Shown here one piece after another: positions 35,801 to 48,310 of a stretch of DNA of 64,000 bases. The stretch comes from Azolla caroliniana. Lineage: Eukaryota; Plantae; Polypodiophyta. The notes beneath the pieces are model-generated. The model saw only the letters and a program-made list of their open reading frames with translations, did not search any database and was not told the origin of the DNA. A program made the translations under genes and the position numbers. How positions within the stretch are numbered: position 1 is the first letter of the stretch; each line of letters begins with the position of its first letter. The DNA lies in the NCBI GenBank assembly GCA_043228905.1, contig JBHGNT010000011.1, positions 1,612,001 to 1,676,000 on the forward strand, given 5' to 3'.

Positions 35801-38800
35801 TTCGGTAATGAGCATCAATTCTTTTTCACTTGTCGTGAATGCCGACGTTCCCTTCCGATCCATTCCGAACCATTTCGGTTCAAACTCGTCTTTGAATCGA
35901 TAGTGCCGGTTTCTTTCTCATTCCGGAAATGCCGACAGTTCTTTTGGAAGTGTCCCGGCTTCCCGCAATAGAAGCACATGGGCCTCCCCCTTGACTTTGA
36001 CCTCGTCCCCGATTTGTCTCGATTTTGGGGACTCCGATACCGGCCTCTTCCCCGGTTGTGGTCATCTTCCGTGACCAAGGCCTTCGGATCGGTTCCGGAC
36101 TCCCGGTCCTTCTGGCGAGCTTGTTCATCTAGCAAGCTTGATTTTACCCTTGCTAGGGACAACTGTTTTCCTTCTGGCCCGGCGTTGCCCAATGTGACAA
36201 CTAACATCTCCCAGCTATCCGGGAGGGAACCGAGCAGGAGCAATGTGAGTACCTCATCGGTGAGAGGTACTTTGAACAAGGTTGCTTGATGTATCAGCCC
36301 TTGGAAGGCATTCATGTGCTTCGCCATACTAGAGTTGTCCTGGTACCGGAGCCTCACTAGCTTCCGGAATACCGAAACCCGATTAACGGTATTCTTGTTC
36401 TGGAACATGATGTTGATCTTCTCCCAAAGTTCATGGGCCTTGCTCTCTTCATTGAAGTTGTTGTATAGGCTCATGTCAATGAAGCACCGAATATATGTTG
36501 TAGGCTTCATGTGCATCACCTCCCACACTGTGGCATTGATCTTATCCGGTCTCATGTCCCCGAACTGAACCAGCAACCAAAGATCTTTAACCACCAGCAT
36601 ATCCCTGATCTTCAACTTCCACACTTAGTAGTTTGAGCCGGTGAGCTTGAACATGCCGCTGGACGATTCTTTCATTTCCTGTGTTGTTCGCTCTGATACC
36701 AGTTTGTGAGGAATAACGCGGAATACTGCTCGGCCACGACTGAGTCTTGAATTACTTCTATAAGAGTGCAACACAGTAATGGGAATAGACATACACACAA
36801 AAGAGAGTACACAAGATGTTTACATGGAGAACCTTGAATGGGAAAATCCACGGGAGCCCACAGACTCCAACTATGACTATGAAGAAAAGAGGGTACAATC
36901 AAAGACTTGGAGGCAACGACCTCGAGCTCTGTTTCTTCACCAATTGGCAGTTACAACAGAGTATTTCTCTGTATCTCACACTCTCTCTCTGTCGCTCTCT
37001 CTCTGTACAACAATATAACAAGAACAATAACAACACATGCATATAGTGAGAAAGGTACAATCAGAGACTCGGAGGCAACAACTTCGAGCTCTGTTTCTTC
37101 ACCAACTGGCTATTACAACAGAGTAAATCGCTTTGTATCTCCACTATCTCTCTCTCTCTCTCTCTCTCTTTGTTCTCTCTATACAACAGTTATACACATA
37201 CAACAACTCTATCACAACACCCTTACAAAGTGATTGCTCTAAGTCATATTTATACTTATATGAACGTAGGGCTATTTACAAATATAGCCTCAATAGGCTT
37301 GCTCAAAACATATTTACAGATATGTCTCTCTTCCGGTTCTCACCGGGTCTCCTCCGGTTTCCGGTTCTCATCGGGTCCTCTTCATTCATCACTGGTCCCA
37401 TCTGGAGGGACTGATTTCCCAACAAGACAGAATTCCTCCCACCGGATCCCTAATTGTCCGATGAAGTTCTTCATCCAAATTACCTCTTTGCCAACTTCTA
37501 CAGCCGCCATGTACTCTGATTCCGTTGTTGACAATGCAATGGACTTCTACAACCTCGACTGCCACGATACAACTCCCCCTGCATAAGTCATGACATATCT
37601 GGATGTAGAATGAGTGATATCCGTATCAACCAACATATCCGAATCCGTGAATCCTCCAAGTTGGGGTTTAACTGAGCTGAATTGGAGGCACATACTTGAG
37701 GTGCCTTTCAACTACCGGAGTATCCAGTTGACCATGGTCCAATGTTCTTTTCCGAGATTTCTCATGAACTGGCTGACCAATCCGACTACATATCCAATAT
37801 CCGGTTGTGTACACACCATTGCGTAAATGAGGCTTCTGACTGCAGAGGCATACAATATCTTCATCATTTCCGACTTCTTGCCTTTGTCTTCGGGCTTTGC
37901 TTTTCGGATAGTTTGCAGTTTGCCGGAAGTGTCGACCCAACCGGCTTTGCATCCGTCATGTTGAATCGTTCGAGCACCTTTGTCATGCACTTCTCCTATG
38001 ACAACCACAATAACTTTTCGTCTAGTCTCGGATTATGTGGATCCCTAGGATTTGTCTCACCGGATCCATATCTTTCATTGAGAAGGATCGGCTTAGGGCC
38101 TTCTTCAAAATTCTGATTTTGATACGGTCTTGTTCGACGATCAACATGTCGTGTGATTTTGATACAGTAGTATCAGGAAGTATCCTCTGTCAAACTTCTT
38201 CACGAATATGCAGTGGTCGGCCTGCGTCTTGTGGATGCTTGATCGGTCATGAAGGAATCGAACTTCCATTACCATTGCTAGGGGGCTTGCTTCAATCCGT
38301 ATAAGCTCTTCTTCAACTGGCACACCAGGTTCTCCTTCCCTTTATTGACAAAACCTTCCAGTTGTTGCATGTATATCTTTTATGCGAGGTCGCCATGTAG
38401 GAACGCCAACTTGACGTTTAGTTGCTCTACCTCGAGGTCCATGCTTGCCACTATGCTCAACATCGTCCGAATGGATGTCATCTTGACTAACGGGGCGAAG
38501 ATCTCATTGAAATCCAGTCCTTTCTTCTATTGAAACCCCTTCACCACGATCCGAGCTTTGTATCTTTGAGGATTTCCGACATCTCCAAGTTTTAGCTTAT
38601 ATACCCACTTGTTTCGGAGTGCTTTCTTTCCCTTCGGTAGTTCCATCAATTCATATGTGTGGTTCTCATGTATGGAATCCATCTCATCTTGCATGGAACT
38701 TAACTACTTGCAGTTGTGGGTGTTTTTCCTAGCTTCTTCGAGGCTTTCCAACTCCCCCTCGTTGGTCAATAAGACATGCCCTACATCTGGAAATCTCTGG

Positions 38801-40424
38801 GGCCCCTTCTCTCTCTATGAGGGTATCTCCGTCCTTTATTTTTTGTCTGAACCCGGACAGTCCTTCGAGTGTCATCCGGCTTCCGACTGGATGGGTCCTT
38901 GTATCTTCCGATATTCTCCGACTCCAAGTCGGCAATGGTCTTGTCTTCCATGAAGACTATGTCTCGACTCCAGAACACCTTCTTGTCAACCAAGTCCACA
39001 CTCGGTAGCCGAGCTCATCATCGCCATATCGAAGGAATATGCATGGCTGGGACTTCGGATCCAAATTTTCCCTCTTTTCCTTTGCTACATGCACGTAGGT
39101 GAGACAACCGATCACCTTCAGATGCCGGTAAGACTCGTCTTTACCAGTCCATACTCTTTGTGGTGTGTCTCCTTCCAAGGGTGTTGAGGGTAATCTATTT
39201 ATCACATAAGTCGTCGTCATCAACACTTCAACGTAAAACATCTTGGGCAACTTTGCATGTGCTAGCATGTTCCGAACGCTCTCCATCACGGTTCGGTTCA
39301 TCCTTTCGGCCAATCCATTCAGTTCCAGTGTCTTCGGCATGGTAACTGCCCCCTGTATTTGCCTCCATTGTCCGCTCAAACCGCCTTTAGCTTTCGGCCA
39401 GTTTCCCTTTCCATTCCCGCGTCAAAATCCCTAAAGAAGGATAATACCTAGTCCTTCGTCCTCACCGGTGAGACCCACAGCCTGTTGTGCCACAACTCAC
39501 TGACATTGTCAGATGCCACATTCACTTCTTCCCGACATATACGGGCATGCATCAGGTACAATGTGTTGATCTTCCGGGATCCAGCCACGATCAGGATTCC
39601 TTTGCAAAACTTCATGTCTCCATTCCAGATGCTAACCGTGTAGCCTTCATCATCTAGCCGACCGACTGATATCAAGTTCAACCGAACCTCCGGAACATTT
39701 CGTACAGCTTTCAGTAGCAACTTGCACTAGGTTGATGTCGTCAACCACACGTCTCCTACGCCGACAATTTGGCATGCACCTTCATTTCCCATCCGGTCAT
39801 AATGGTGATCTCTGACTTTGGAAGATGAGAAGCACTTCCGGTCGGGGGTCAGATGGAACGACGCACCGGAGTCAATCACCCACGTCGTTTCATTGCTGAC
39901 AAGATGTAGCTCATTTTCCTTGGTTATGAGCAACAACTCTTCTTCACTTGTCGCAATTGACGATGTTCCTCTCCTTTTCAAAATCTTCTTCGGTTCCTGA
40001 ATATCGGCTCCCCCTTTGGTTTTCCGGAAGTGCCGACAATTCTTCTCGACATGCCCCATCTTTCTGCAATAAAAGCACATGGGCCTCCCCCTTGACTTCG
40101 ATCTCATCCCCGATTTTTCCCGGTTCAGGGATTCTGATTCCGGCCTCTTCCCCAGTTATGATCGTCTTCCGTAACCAAGGCCTTCGGATCGGTTCTGGAC
40201 TCCCGATCCTTCCAACGAGCTTCTTCATCTAGCAAACTCGACTTCACTCTCGCTAGGGATAGGTGTTTCCCTTCCGGCCCGACGTTGTCTAAAGTGACAA
40301 CCAACTTCTCCCAACTATCCAGGAGGGAACCGAGCAACAACAACATGAGTACCTCGTTGGCTAGAGGTACTTCCGACGAACTTGTCTAGTTTATGAGTCC
40401 CTAGAAGGCATTCATATGCTCTGC

Positions 40425-40764
40425 CATGCTGGAGCCGTCTTGGTATCGGAGTCTCACTAACTTCCAGAATACTTAGACCCGATTCACAACATTTTTGCTC
40501 TCCAACATGGTACCGACTTTCTCCTAGAGCACATGAGCCTTACTATCATCGTTGAAGTTATTGTATAGGCTCATATCGATGAAGCACTGAATGTCATGCT
40601 GGAGCCGTCTTGGTATTAGAGTCTCACTAACTTCCAGAATATTTAGACCCGATTCACAACATTTTTGCTCTCCAACATGGTACCGACTTTCTCCTAGAGC
40701 ACATGAGCCTTACTATCATCGTTGAAGTTATTGTACAGGCTCATATCGATGAAGCACTGAATGT
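40425..40764. repeat. 170-bp tandem duplication in gag of D
   Basis: CATGCTGGAGCCGTCTTGG starts at both 40425 and 40595, and the two units are near-identical. Confidence 0.9.
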
Positions 40765-41919
40765 ATGTCGTTGTCTTCGTGTGCATTACTTCATAGATCG
40801 TGGCATCGATCTTACCCGGTCTTTTGTCCGCAAACTGTGCTAGCAGCTAGAGATCTTTGACCACCAGCATGTCCCTCATCTTCAACTTCCATACTGAGTA
40901 GTTGGATCCTGTGAGCTTGAACATGCCGCTCAAAGAATCTTCCATTTTCTTTCCTTAGTTGTTCGCTCTGATACCAATTTGATAGAAATAGTGCTCGGCC
41001 ACAACCGAGTTTGAATCACACAATGGAAGTAACATAAAACATAAATGAGACAACACAGGATGTTAACGTGGAAAACCCTAAAAGGGAAGAACCAAGGGAG
41101 CCCATAGACTCCACCTATCACTATGAGAGGAAAGACACAATGAGAGACTCTGAGCCAATGACCTCGAGCTCTGTCTTCGCCAACCAACAGTTACAACAGG
41201 AAAGCTTTCTGTATCTTTCTGTGTGTGTGTGTGTGTCTTTGTACAATAACAACTACAATGATAATAGCGACAATATTAGTATTGCCCTAGTTATATTTAT
41301 ACTTATATAACTTTGGGGGTTATTTACAAATATGACCTCAAGGGTCACATCTAAACATATTTACTAATATGTTCCTATTTGTTGGTTCATACCGGATCCG
41401 GACTCCTTCCGGGTCCATCAGATCCGGTATCTGGATACCTTCCAGACCCATCCGGTCTAGTTCCTTCCTTCGGCTCATCCAATCCGGCTCATTCGGATCC
41501 CATCCGGAGGGACCCGATTCCCAAAAGATGTAAAAAGGGCATTTTCTGTGTCACCATCTCCTTCAAGCACTCCTGCTCTTGTCACTAAGGAAGGGTCCTT
41601 GTGCGAGCTTAGCTAGCTTGGCAATTGTTATCTTCTCCAAGTGCGCTTGGCGGTGGGATCTAACCTCATCCAGTCATGATCCAGAAGCCCGCCCTCGCAG
41701 CCTCCGACTCCTCACCTCGTTTCGTTACCATCTAGGAGTTGTTGACCTTTACATCTAGCCGGTGCCGATCACCCACCTGGTCAAGTATCACCCGTGGGAT
41801 GAATAAGCAATTCCGATTAGGCTAGGGAATACGACTATACCCAAATTAACCGTCAAAGCCTATTGGACGGAACGAGCTGGTGGAGCCCGAAATGATGAGT
41901 CGAACGTCTGAACGAAGGC

Positions 41920-44115
41920 AGGCGGATTTAGCTAGACGTGCCAATCAAATTGGGATTGAACAAACCGATTCTGAACAGATCTGTCTATCGGATCATAACA
42001 ACGAGGCAACCACCTATTTCTGAGCTCCCTAGTTAGGGACTTTCATGATCCCGCCCAAGCCGACCCGCAAGGCATGGTTTTCCGCGACATCGCTAAATAA
42101 CAAAGTTTGTTAGAAACAACAAAAAAGTTTTAGAGCAACTACTTTTAGTTGCCACAATAACTCCAGACCACATCTATATTAGTTACTATTATCAACGGTA
42201 TTTTCAAACACATTCAACATTCCCTCCACTTCCTTTATTATATAAGGAGGAAGCCGAGAACGCTAGAGTTGTAGTATTATGCTGGAGCTGCTATAACAAT
42301 TAACTCCTTTAGTTGTACTCCAATCTGTATTCCCAACTTAATATCAATTACATGGTAGTTTAAACTCTCCCTATTTTTGTTCATGTGCCTCTCACCTCCT
42401 TTGGTATTGGAGCGTCAATAGTACGAAGCCGGAAGATACGCCTGAAGATATACTACCCAATCTATACTCTACCTTTGCAAAAAAGAAGACAACAACCTTA
42501 GTATTATGGCAAGCTCCAGTTAGGCAAGAAAATAGCCTGTATATAAACTTATTGCAAAGATAGATAGATAGATTATATTATTGTCTTCGGAGGTCAAATA
42601 TGACCTATGAGAGCAAAAACATTACATTTCACGTGATACGTGTGAAAGTGAGTAGTGACTCTCGATGTTCAAGAACTTTACCAATGAATGTTGCAATTGA
42701 GAGTGCACATTGTGGTTGTGAGAGGAATTCATGCAAGGATTGGGCTCAGTCGAAGAGATGTGGAAAGCATGGTCGAATATGATCAAAGGTAGAGCATTGT
42801 ATCTAAGTCTGTACTCAGACTCATGAACTTGTTTAGGGCAAAGTGTGCATAGCCGACCACTCTCATCACTTGTGCCCCATCACCATATCTCACATCGCAA
42901 TGCATGTGAGCTAAGTCGCAAGTACCTCGTCAGCTAGAGGTACTTCCAATGAGGTTTTCTGGTTTATGGGTCCTTGGAAGGCCTTCATATGCTCCGCCTT
43001 GCTAGAGCCGTCTTGGTATTGGAGTCTCACTAACTTCCGGAATACGGAGACCCGATTCACAACATTTTTAATCTCCGGCGTGGTACCGATTTTCTGCAAG
43101 AGCACATGAGCCTTACTTTCTTCGTTGAAGTTGTTGTACAAGCTCATATCGATGAAGCACCGAATGTATGTTGTCGTCTTCATGTGCATTACTTCCCAAA
43201 TCGTGGCATCGATCTTGCCCGGACTTTTGTCCCCAAACTGTACTGGCAGCCAAAGATCTTTGACCACTAGCATGTCCCTCATCTTCAACTTCCATACTGA
43301 GTAGTTGGATCCTATGAGCTTGAACATGTCGCCGAAAGAATCTTCTATTTTCATTCGTTGGTTGTTTGCTCTGATACCAGTTTGACAGAAATAGTGCTCG
43401 GCCACAACCGAGTTTGAATCACACAATGGCAGAGCCCGTAATGATGTGCCAAGCCTTTGGATTGAGTCGGCCGACCGACGAACAAGCGTCCGGACAAAGC
43501 TAGGCCGATTTGGCTAGACGCACCAATCAAATTCGGATTGAACAAATCAATTTTGAACAGATCAATCTATCGGATCGTAGCAATGAGGCAGCCACCCATT
43601 TCTAACCTCCCTAGTCCGGGACCCTCGTGGTCCGCCCAAGCTGACCCGCAAGGCGTGGATTTCCGTGCCATCGCTAAATAACAAAGTTTGTTAGAAACAA
43701 CAAAACAGTTTCAAAGCAACTACTTTTAGTTGCGACAATAACTCCACACCAAATATATGTTAGTTACTATTATCAACTGTATTTTCAAACACATTCAACA
43801 TTCCCTCCACTTCCTCTATTATATAAGGAGGAAGCCGAGAACATTAGAGTTGTAGTATTATGCTAGAGCTGGTATAATAGTTAGCTTGTTTAGTTGTATT
43901 CCAGTTTGTATTCCCAACTTATTATCAATTACATGGTAGTTGCAACAATCCCTATTTTTGTTCATGTGCCTCTCACTTCCTTTGGTAATGAAGTGTCAGT
44001 AGTACGATGCCTGAAGATATGCTTGAAGATATACTACCCACTCTATACTCTACTGCTGCAAAAAAGAAGACAACAACCTTAGCATTATGGCAAGCTCCAG
44101 TTAGGCAAGAAAATA
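41920..44115. repeat. Direct segmental repeat of ~620 bp (41920-42535 and ~43500-44115), including a gypsy-type LTR end
   Basis: Aligned by eye from CTAGACG..CAATCAAAT to GGCAAGCTCCAGTTAGGCAAGAAAATA. Confidence 0.85.
42915..43428 (-). pseudogene. Tork-like gag 5' fragment with PBS and LTR stub, duplicate of the D 5' end
   Basis: ORF 42911..43426, PBS (rc) at 43369-43380, LTR stub near-identical to 40980-41026. Confidence 0.8.
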
Positions 44116-44534
44116 CTCTGGAAACTAAGGATGGACCTACTACTTGACTTGAAAGAGCTACTTGAAGTCACCACGAGAACTTGTCTAGCACCAAAAAATA
44201 CACAAAGTTTGAAATACTACTAAATGTCGAAGTTCTATGTACAAAGTTTTACACATTATTTGAATTTAGTTTTTTTGTGTTAAATCCCGCTCTGTGTCTC
44301 CCGCGTACATCGTGTCTTAAGCTCTCTATTAAACTTGTTTTTTCCTTGTTGGTATTATGTGTTTCTTATAGCTTCTGCACGTAACATTTCACAGATGCCA
44401 TTTGAAAACTTTAGTATTTGTTGGCCTTATGGCGTAAGCAAGGAGTGCGAGTGTATAACCTTCGACGGTTGAATAGTTAGGTTAAATAGGATGGTACCCA
44501 AAGAATAGTATAAAAGAGAATAGTCGAGGAGGCG

Positions 44535-44574
<40 letters not shown>

Positions 44575-44579
<5 letters not shown>

Positions 44580-45640
44580 AATTTCAATTTATGTAAAAGA
44601 AGGTCTTTTGGCAAACATGTTTCGCTCTATATGAGCTCATCAATGCTAAAGACCATATACAAAAATGTGAGGCTTATATAAGGGAAGAGGAAAGAAGAGA
44701 GAAGGGGAGTGGTAGGGATGGATGAGAGGGATTTAAAATGTGTATAAAGGAGGATGTGGGAGTTAGGGATGTAGTGAATGTAGAGAGGGATAACCTAATG
44801 AGTTTGATGGGAAGGGATGATTTGGGGATCTATTATATTTAGTTCTAATAGATAGATAGCAATAGTAAGTGTGATGTTTTAATGGGGATTTGGGGATCTA
44901 ATATATTTAGTTTTGATTAGATAAGAATAGAGTGATTTGAACTTGGTCCAACATATAAAAGGCTTAGGGATGTCTTTTAGTTGGGGATCTAGGCTAAGGT
45001 TGGCATCTAAGTCTTGTAAAAATGAGTGGATGCCTAATTTAGGGGAGTTTTTAGAGTACCTAAGCTTGAATATGGTAGGTGTAAAGGAAGATTTGTTTTT
45101 ATGCTTATGGATGAGAGTATTCCTAAGGGAGAAAGGATGTTTTTTAAAGGCTTTAAGGATGAAATGGGGTGGGTAACCTCGGCTAATGAGTCTAAGGAAG
45201 AAACATGTTTTCATTTCTAGGTACCCTATAGGTGTGCTTTCTCTAACTAGGTAGCGTTTTAATTCGTTTTAAATAAAATTTTGTTTAACATGTATGGGAT
45301 TGTCTGAAGAGAAGGGAAGATATTGATAGGAATTTAATGGTTTTTGGAAACAATTGAAAGAGAACTTAGAGTTCTCTAGATTGATCCAAATATCCAAGAA
45401 AGGGGGATCCTAGTGGGGTACGTATGGATCGTAAGTTTAATAGAGTTATTGGTCATAAGGCTATAGAAACCGAGGTAGTCTAAGAGTTGGGGTTTCGTAC
45501 CTGTCCAAACCCCGAAGGCATCATCTATGTACCTAGTAAAATAGAAGAGATGGGGTGTGGTTTGTGAGTTTTCTAAGTGTGATAAGAAAAGGCATGCATA
45601 GACAACTGAGAAATTGCTACCCATGGCTAAATTGTATTGA
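44575..45640 (-). mobile_element. 5'-truncated Penelope-like retroelement (RT core end, thumb, 3' UTR)
   Basis: LAMGSNFSVVYACLFL, FTRYIDDAFGVW, FQKPLNSYQYLPFSS.NP.HVK, ELKRY and RLISRGYP are PLE-type RT motifs. The ORF ends without a C-terminal GIY-YIG domain. Confidence 0.8.
44602..44654 (-). ncRNA. Minimal type I hammerhead ribozyme (probably inactivated) in the PLE 3' UTR
   Basis: rc reads GGUCUUUAGCA-UUGAUGA-GCUC(AUAUA)GAGC-GAA-ACAUGU-U-UGCCAAAAGACC: stems I and II, a palindromic stem III, and a core with C3U. Confidence 0.75.
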
Positions 45641-46028
45641 GTAACATTTGAGAGACTTGAACCCATAACCTCAGTTACCAAGGACGAAGCATAAACCATT
45701 AGGATAAGTTATTTCATAGTAATATTTTTATCATCATACTTATGACATGTGTATCTTCATACATAATTAGAGCTTAGATGAGCATGATGGCTATCATGCA
45801 TCACATGTAAAGGATGTGCGCCAAATGGCGATCATGCATCACATGCATTCCATGCATGCCATGCACCCCCATATCATCATATGCATGAGAGAACCTATAA
45901 GAGAGGCGAGGATTAAGGGACGAATAAAGGGAAAATAGGGTAATCAATGAAGAAGAAAAAGTAAGAAATCAAATAATATAATTGTCAAAGTTAATATGCG
46001 GAAGCGTATGACAAACCAGCTCAACCGG

Positions 46029-47638
46029 TGTCGTGAAAATCCGTCACTATGTGCGGATCGCGAGGCGGAACCACCGAGGTTATGGACGGGAAGGAAATAG
46101 GGCTCACATACACAACACAAGGAAGGCTTACACAAACAAGGCATGAGTATTCGAACGTGTTTGTGAAAAGGAGAGGTGCATGGGCAAGCCCGAATCAACC
46201 CCTAGTCACAAGGTGAATGAATGCACGTGAGAAAGGCTTACGCACGGACACACAAGGAAAATGCTTACTTACACAAATGAGTGACAGAGTTTCGAATGCC
46301 TTTGTGAAAAGAGAGGTGCATGGGAAAGCCCGAACGCTCCCTTGTTACAAGACACGTGAACACACAAGGAAAAGACTTACTTACACACACGAGAGACGGA
46401 GTTTTGAATGCCTTTGTGAAAAGAGAGGTGCATGGGCAAGCCCGAATGCTCCCTTATTACAAGACATGTGAACACACAAGCAAGGTTTACACACAATATC
46501 GAATGCCTTTGTGAAAGGAGAGGTGCATGGGCAAAGCCCAAACGCTCCCTTGCCATAAGTCGCATGAACACACAAGCAAGATTTACACTAACACGCAAGA
46601 AACAATTTCGAATGCCTTTGTGAAAGGAGAGGTGCATGGGCAAGCCTGAATGCTCCCTTACCACAAGTCGCATGAACACACAAGCAAGATTTACACTAAC
46701 ACGCAAGACACGTAAGTTTGAATGCCTTTGTGAAAGGAGAGGTGCATGGGCAAGCCCGAAACTCTCCCTTGTCACAAGACACACAAACAAATAAGCACAA
46801 ATGATGATAACATATAAGACATGTAGGTTTGAATGCCTTTGTGAAAGGAGAGATGCATGGGCAAGCCCGAAACGCTCCCTTGTCACAAGACACACAAACA
46901 AATTAGAACAAATGACGATAACAAATAAGCACAATCAAGATTTACACATAAGACAAGTAGATGAAAGAAAACATTATTTTATATCAATATAATAGATTCT
47001 TTTATAATATAAGAATCATGTTACAATGGATTGGATGTGAATATGAAGGATTGTTTATAAAGGAATGGGGGAAGAGAGGTGGAGGAAAGAAGAGAGTGGA
47101 GTATAGAAGGAGTTTCTTTGTTGATGATGCCTCTCAATGTTGTTGATCCTTCTTTTTCCACTTTCCAATTGAGTAGAGCTTCCACGTTCCTTCTCCCTCC
47201 TCCCCTTCTTCACTAGAATAGGCTCTTATTTATAGGTTTAAGATTGCTTGTCTTTTTCCCCTAAAAAAAAGCTTGTCTATATGAGTTGACTTTTCTTTTC
47301 CTCACTATTTTTGTTTTCTAGCCTCAAATGTAACATGCAATATATTCTTGGAAATCTCTTTGGGTTAGCTTTCTTATGCATCTTTTCGTTTCTAATTTGG
47401 ACATCTGACAAGGAAATTATGAGCTTTTTTCTCTACAGTGCTCCTCATATCCACGTGTGCTTCTTCTTCTTTTTCTCTCCATCTTTTTCTCTACTTTTGT
47501 CTACTTTTGAAAACCGCCTCTATCTTAATATTCTTTCATTTATTACTATAGCTGACTTAACAACATTAGTTTATTTGGACTATTATTTTATTCTCTTTTG
47601 AGGGTGGTTTTGCACTATGTGTCGAAAACATCACGACA
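46029..47638 (-). mobile_element. Long solo LTR (1610 bp, gypsy-type), termini TGTCGTGA...TCACGACA
   Basis: Perfect 8-bp terminal inverted repeat, TATA (rc) at ~47227-47234, apparent TSD CCGG/CCAG. Confidence 0.75.
46145..46900. repeat. Seven ~95-140-bp tandem units inside the solo LTR
   Basis: Core GAATGCCTTTGTGAAAGGAGAGGTGCATGGGCAAGCCCGAA at ~46153, 46294, 46406, 46501, 46610, 46720 and 46831. Confidence 0.9.
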
Positions 47639-47826
47639 CCAGATACCAACAGAACGTAGAGAAGAAGGTTTAATGGAGACGTTACACAGAGAATACACCG
47701 GAAAGACAAAGAGAGCAGGACATAAAATCAATTAAAAAATAATGATCCTCTATACATAGAATGTGCTCAGAGAGCACTTTTATACAAGTCCATAAAGGAC
47801 TAACATAAGTATTGACAGGTACTTCT

Positions 47827-48310
47827 GCGCACCTCGACCTCCTTGGACGACTCCTCATCCGATTGGCCTTTAGTTGATTCGGCTCCTCCAAATCAAATCG
47901 TTGAACCAAATCGGCTTTTTGCGATTCGGTCTTAGCTCTTGTCCGAATCGGTTGCCTCCGATTCGTTCCAGATATTGTCCGAATCGGTTGCCTCCAATTC
48001 GTTCTAGATATTGTCTGAATTGGTTGCCTCCGATTTGTTCCGGCTCTTGTCCGATTCGTTCAGGCCCTTCACCACATCGGACCACATCCGGGTCCTCGCC
48101 TTCTTCCATTCGGATCTGTCCTTCTTGAGTCTGCCGTCATTGCCACTTGCTCCGACTTGTTCAGATGTGTTGACTTTTCCAGTCGACTCGGCTTCCTTTT
48201 TCTTCTTATCTCTCCCTGTCTTGGTTCGTTCCTCTTTCTCTCCGGCCCCTTGTCCGGTGCCATTACTCCTTTCGGTTCCCGTTGTCCCCTTCAAGTGCGG
48301 CACATCGAGA
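47827..48310 (-). pseudogene. Bryco-like post-RNase H charged tail remnant with 33-bp repeats
   Basis: LDVPHLKG...WSDVVKGL...(NESEATDSDNI)x3...RFDLEEPNQLK, homologous to 31830-32370. Confidence 0.65.

Larger units (their letters stand above)
17074..37424 (-). mobile_element. Tork-like copia C (3' LTR 17074-17600, 5' LTR 36705-37424), TSD ACACA/AGACA
   Basis: Matching LTR termini, PBS (rc) at 36690-36701, PPT (rc) CTCCCCCTTCA at ~17603. Contains B, A and I. Confidence 0.85.
16936..41526 (-). mobile_element. Old Tork-like copia D, outermost host (RNase H piece 16936-17073; body 37425-40979; 5' LTR 40980-41526)
   Basis: PBS (rc) at 40965-40976. RNase H reads through across element C. Heavily mutated pol. 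Confidence 0.8.
45990..47826 (-). mobile_element. Bryco-like LTR remnant split by a solo LTR
   Basis: 45990-46028 and 47639-47826 join into a sequence resembling the LTRs at 4499-4941 and ~61200-61458. Confidence 0.6.

Noticed and set aside
41527-41900. Possible RNase H-like coding remnant
   Set aside because: No convincing continuous frame or motif could be read.
46145-46900. CRISPR-like repeat-spacer appearance and a hammerhead-like stem-GAAA
   Set aside because: The linkers are homologous to each other, there are no cas genes, the context is a eukaryotic LTR, and the CUGAnGA core is absent (TGCATG).
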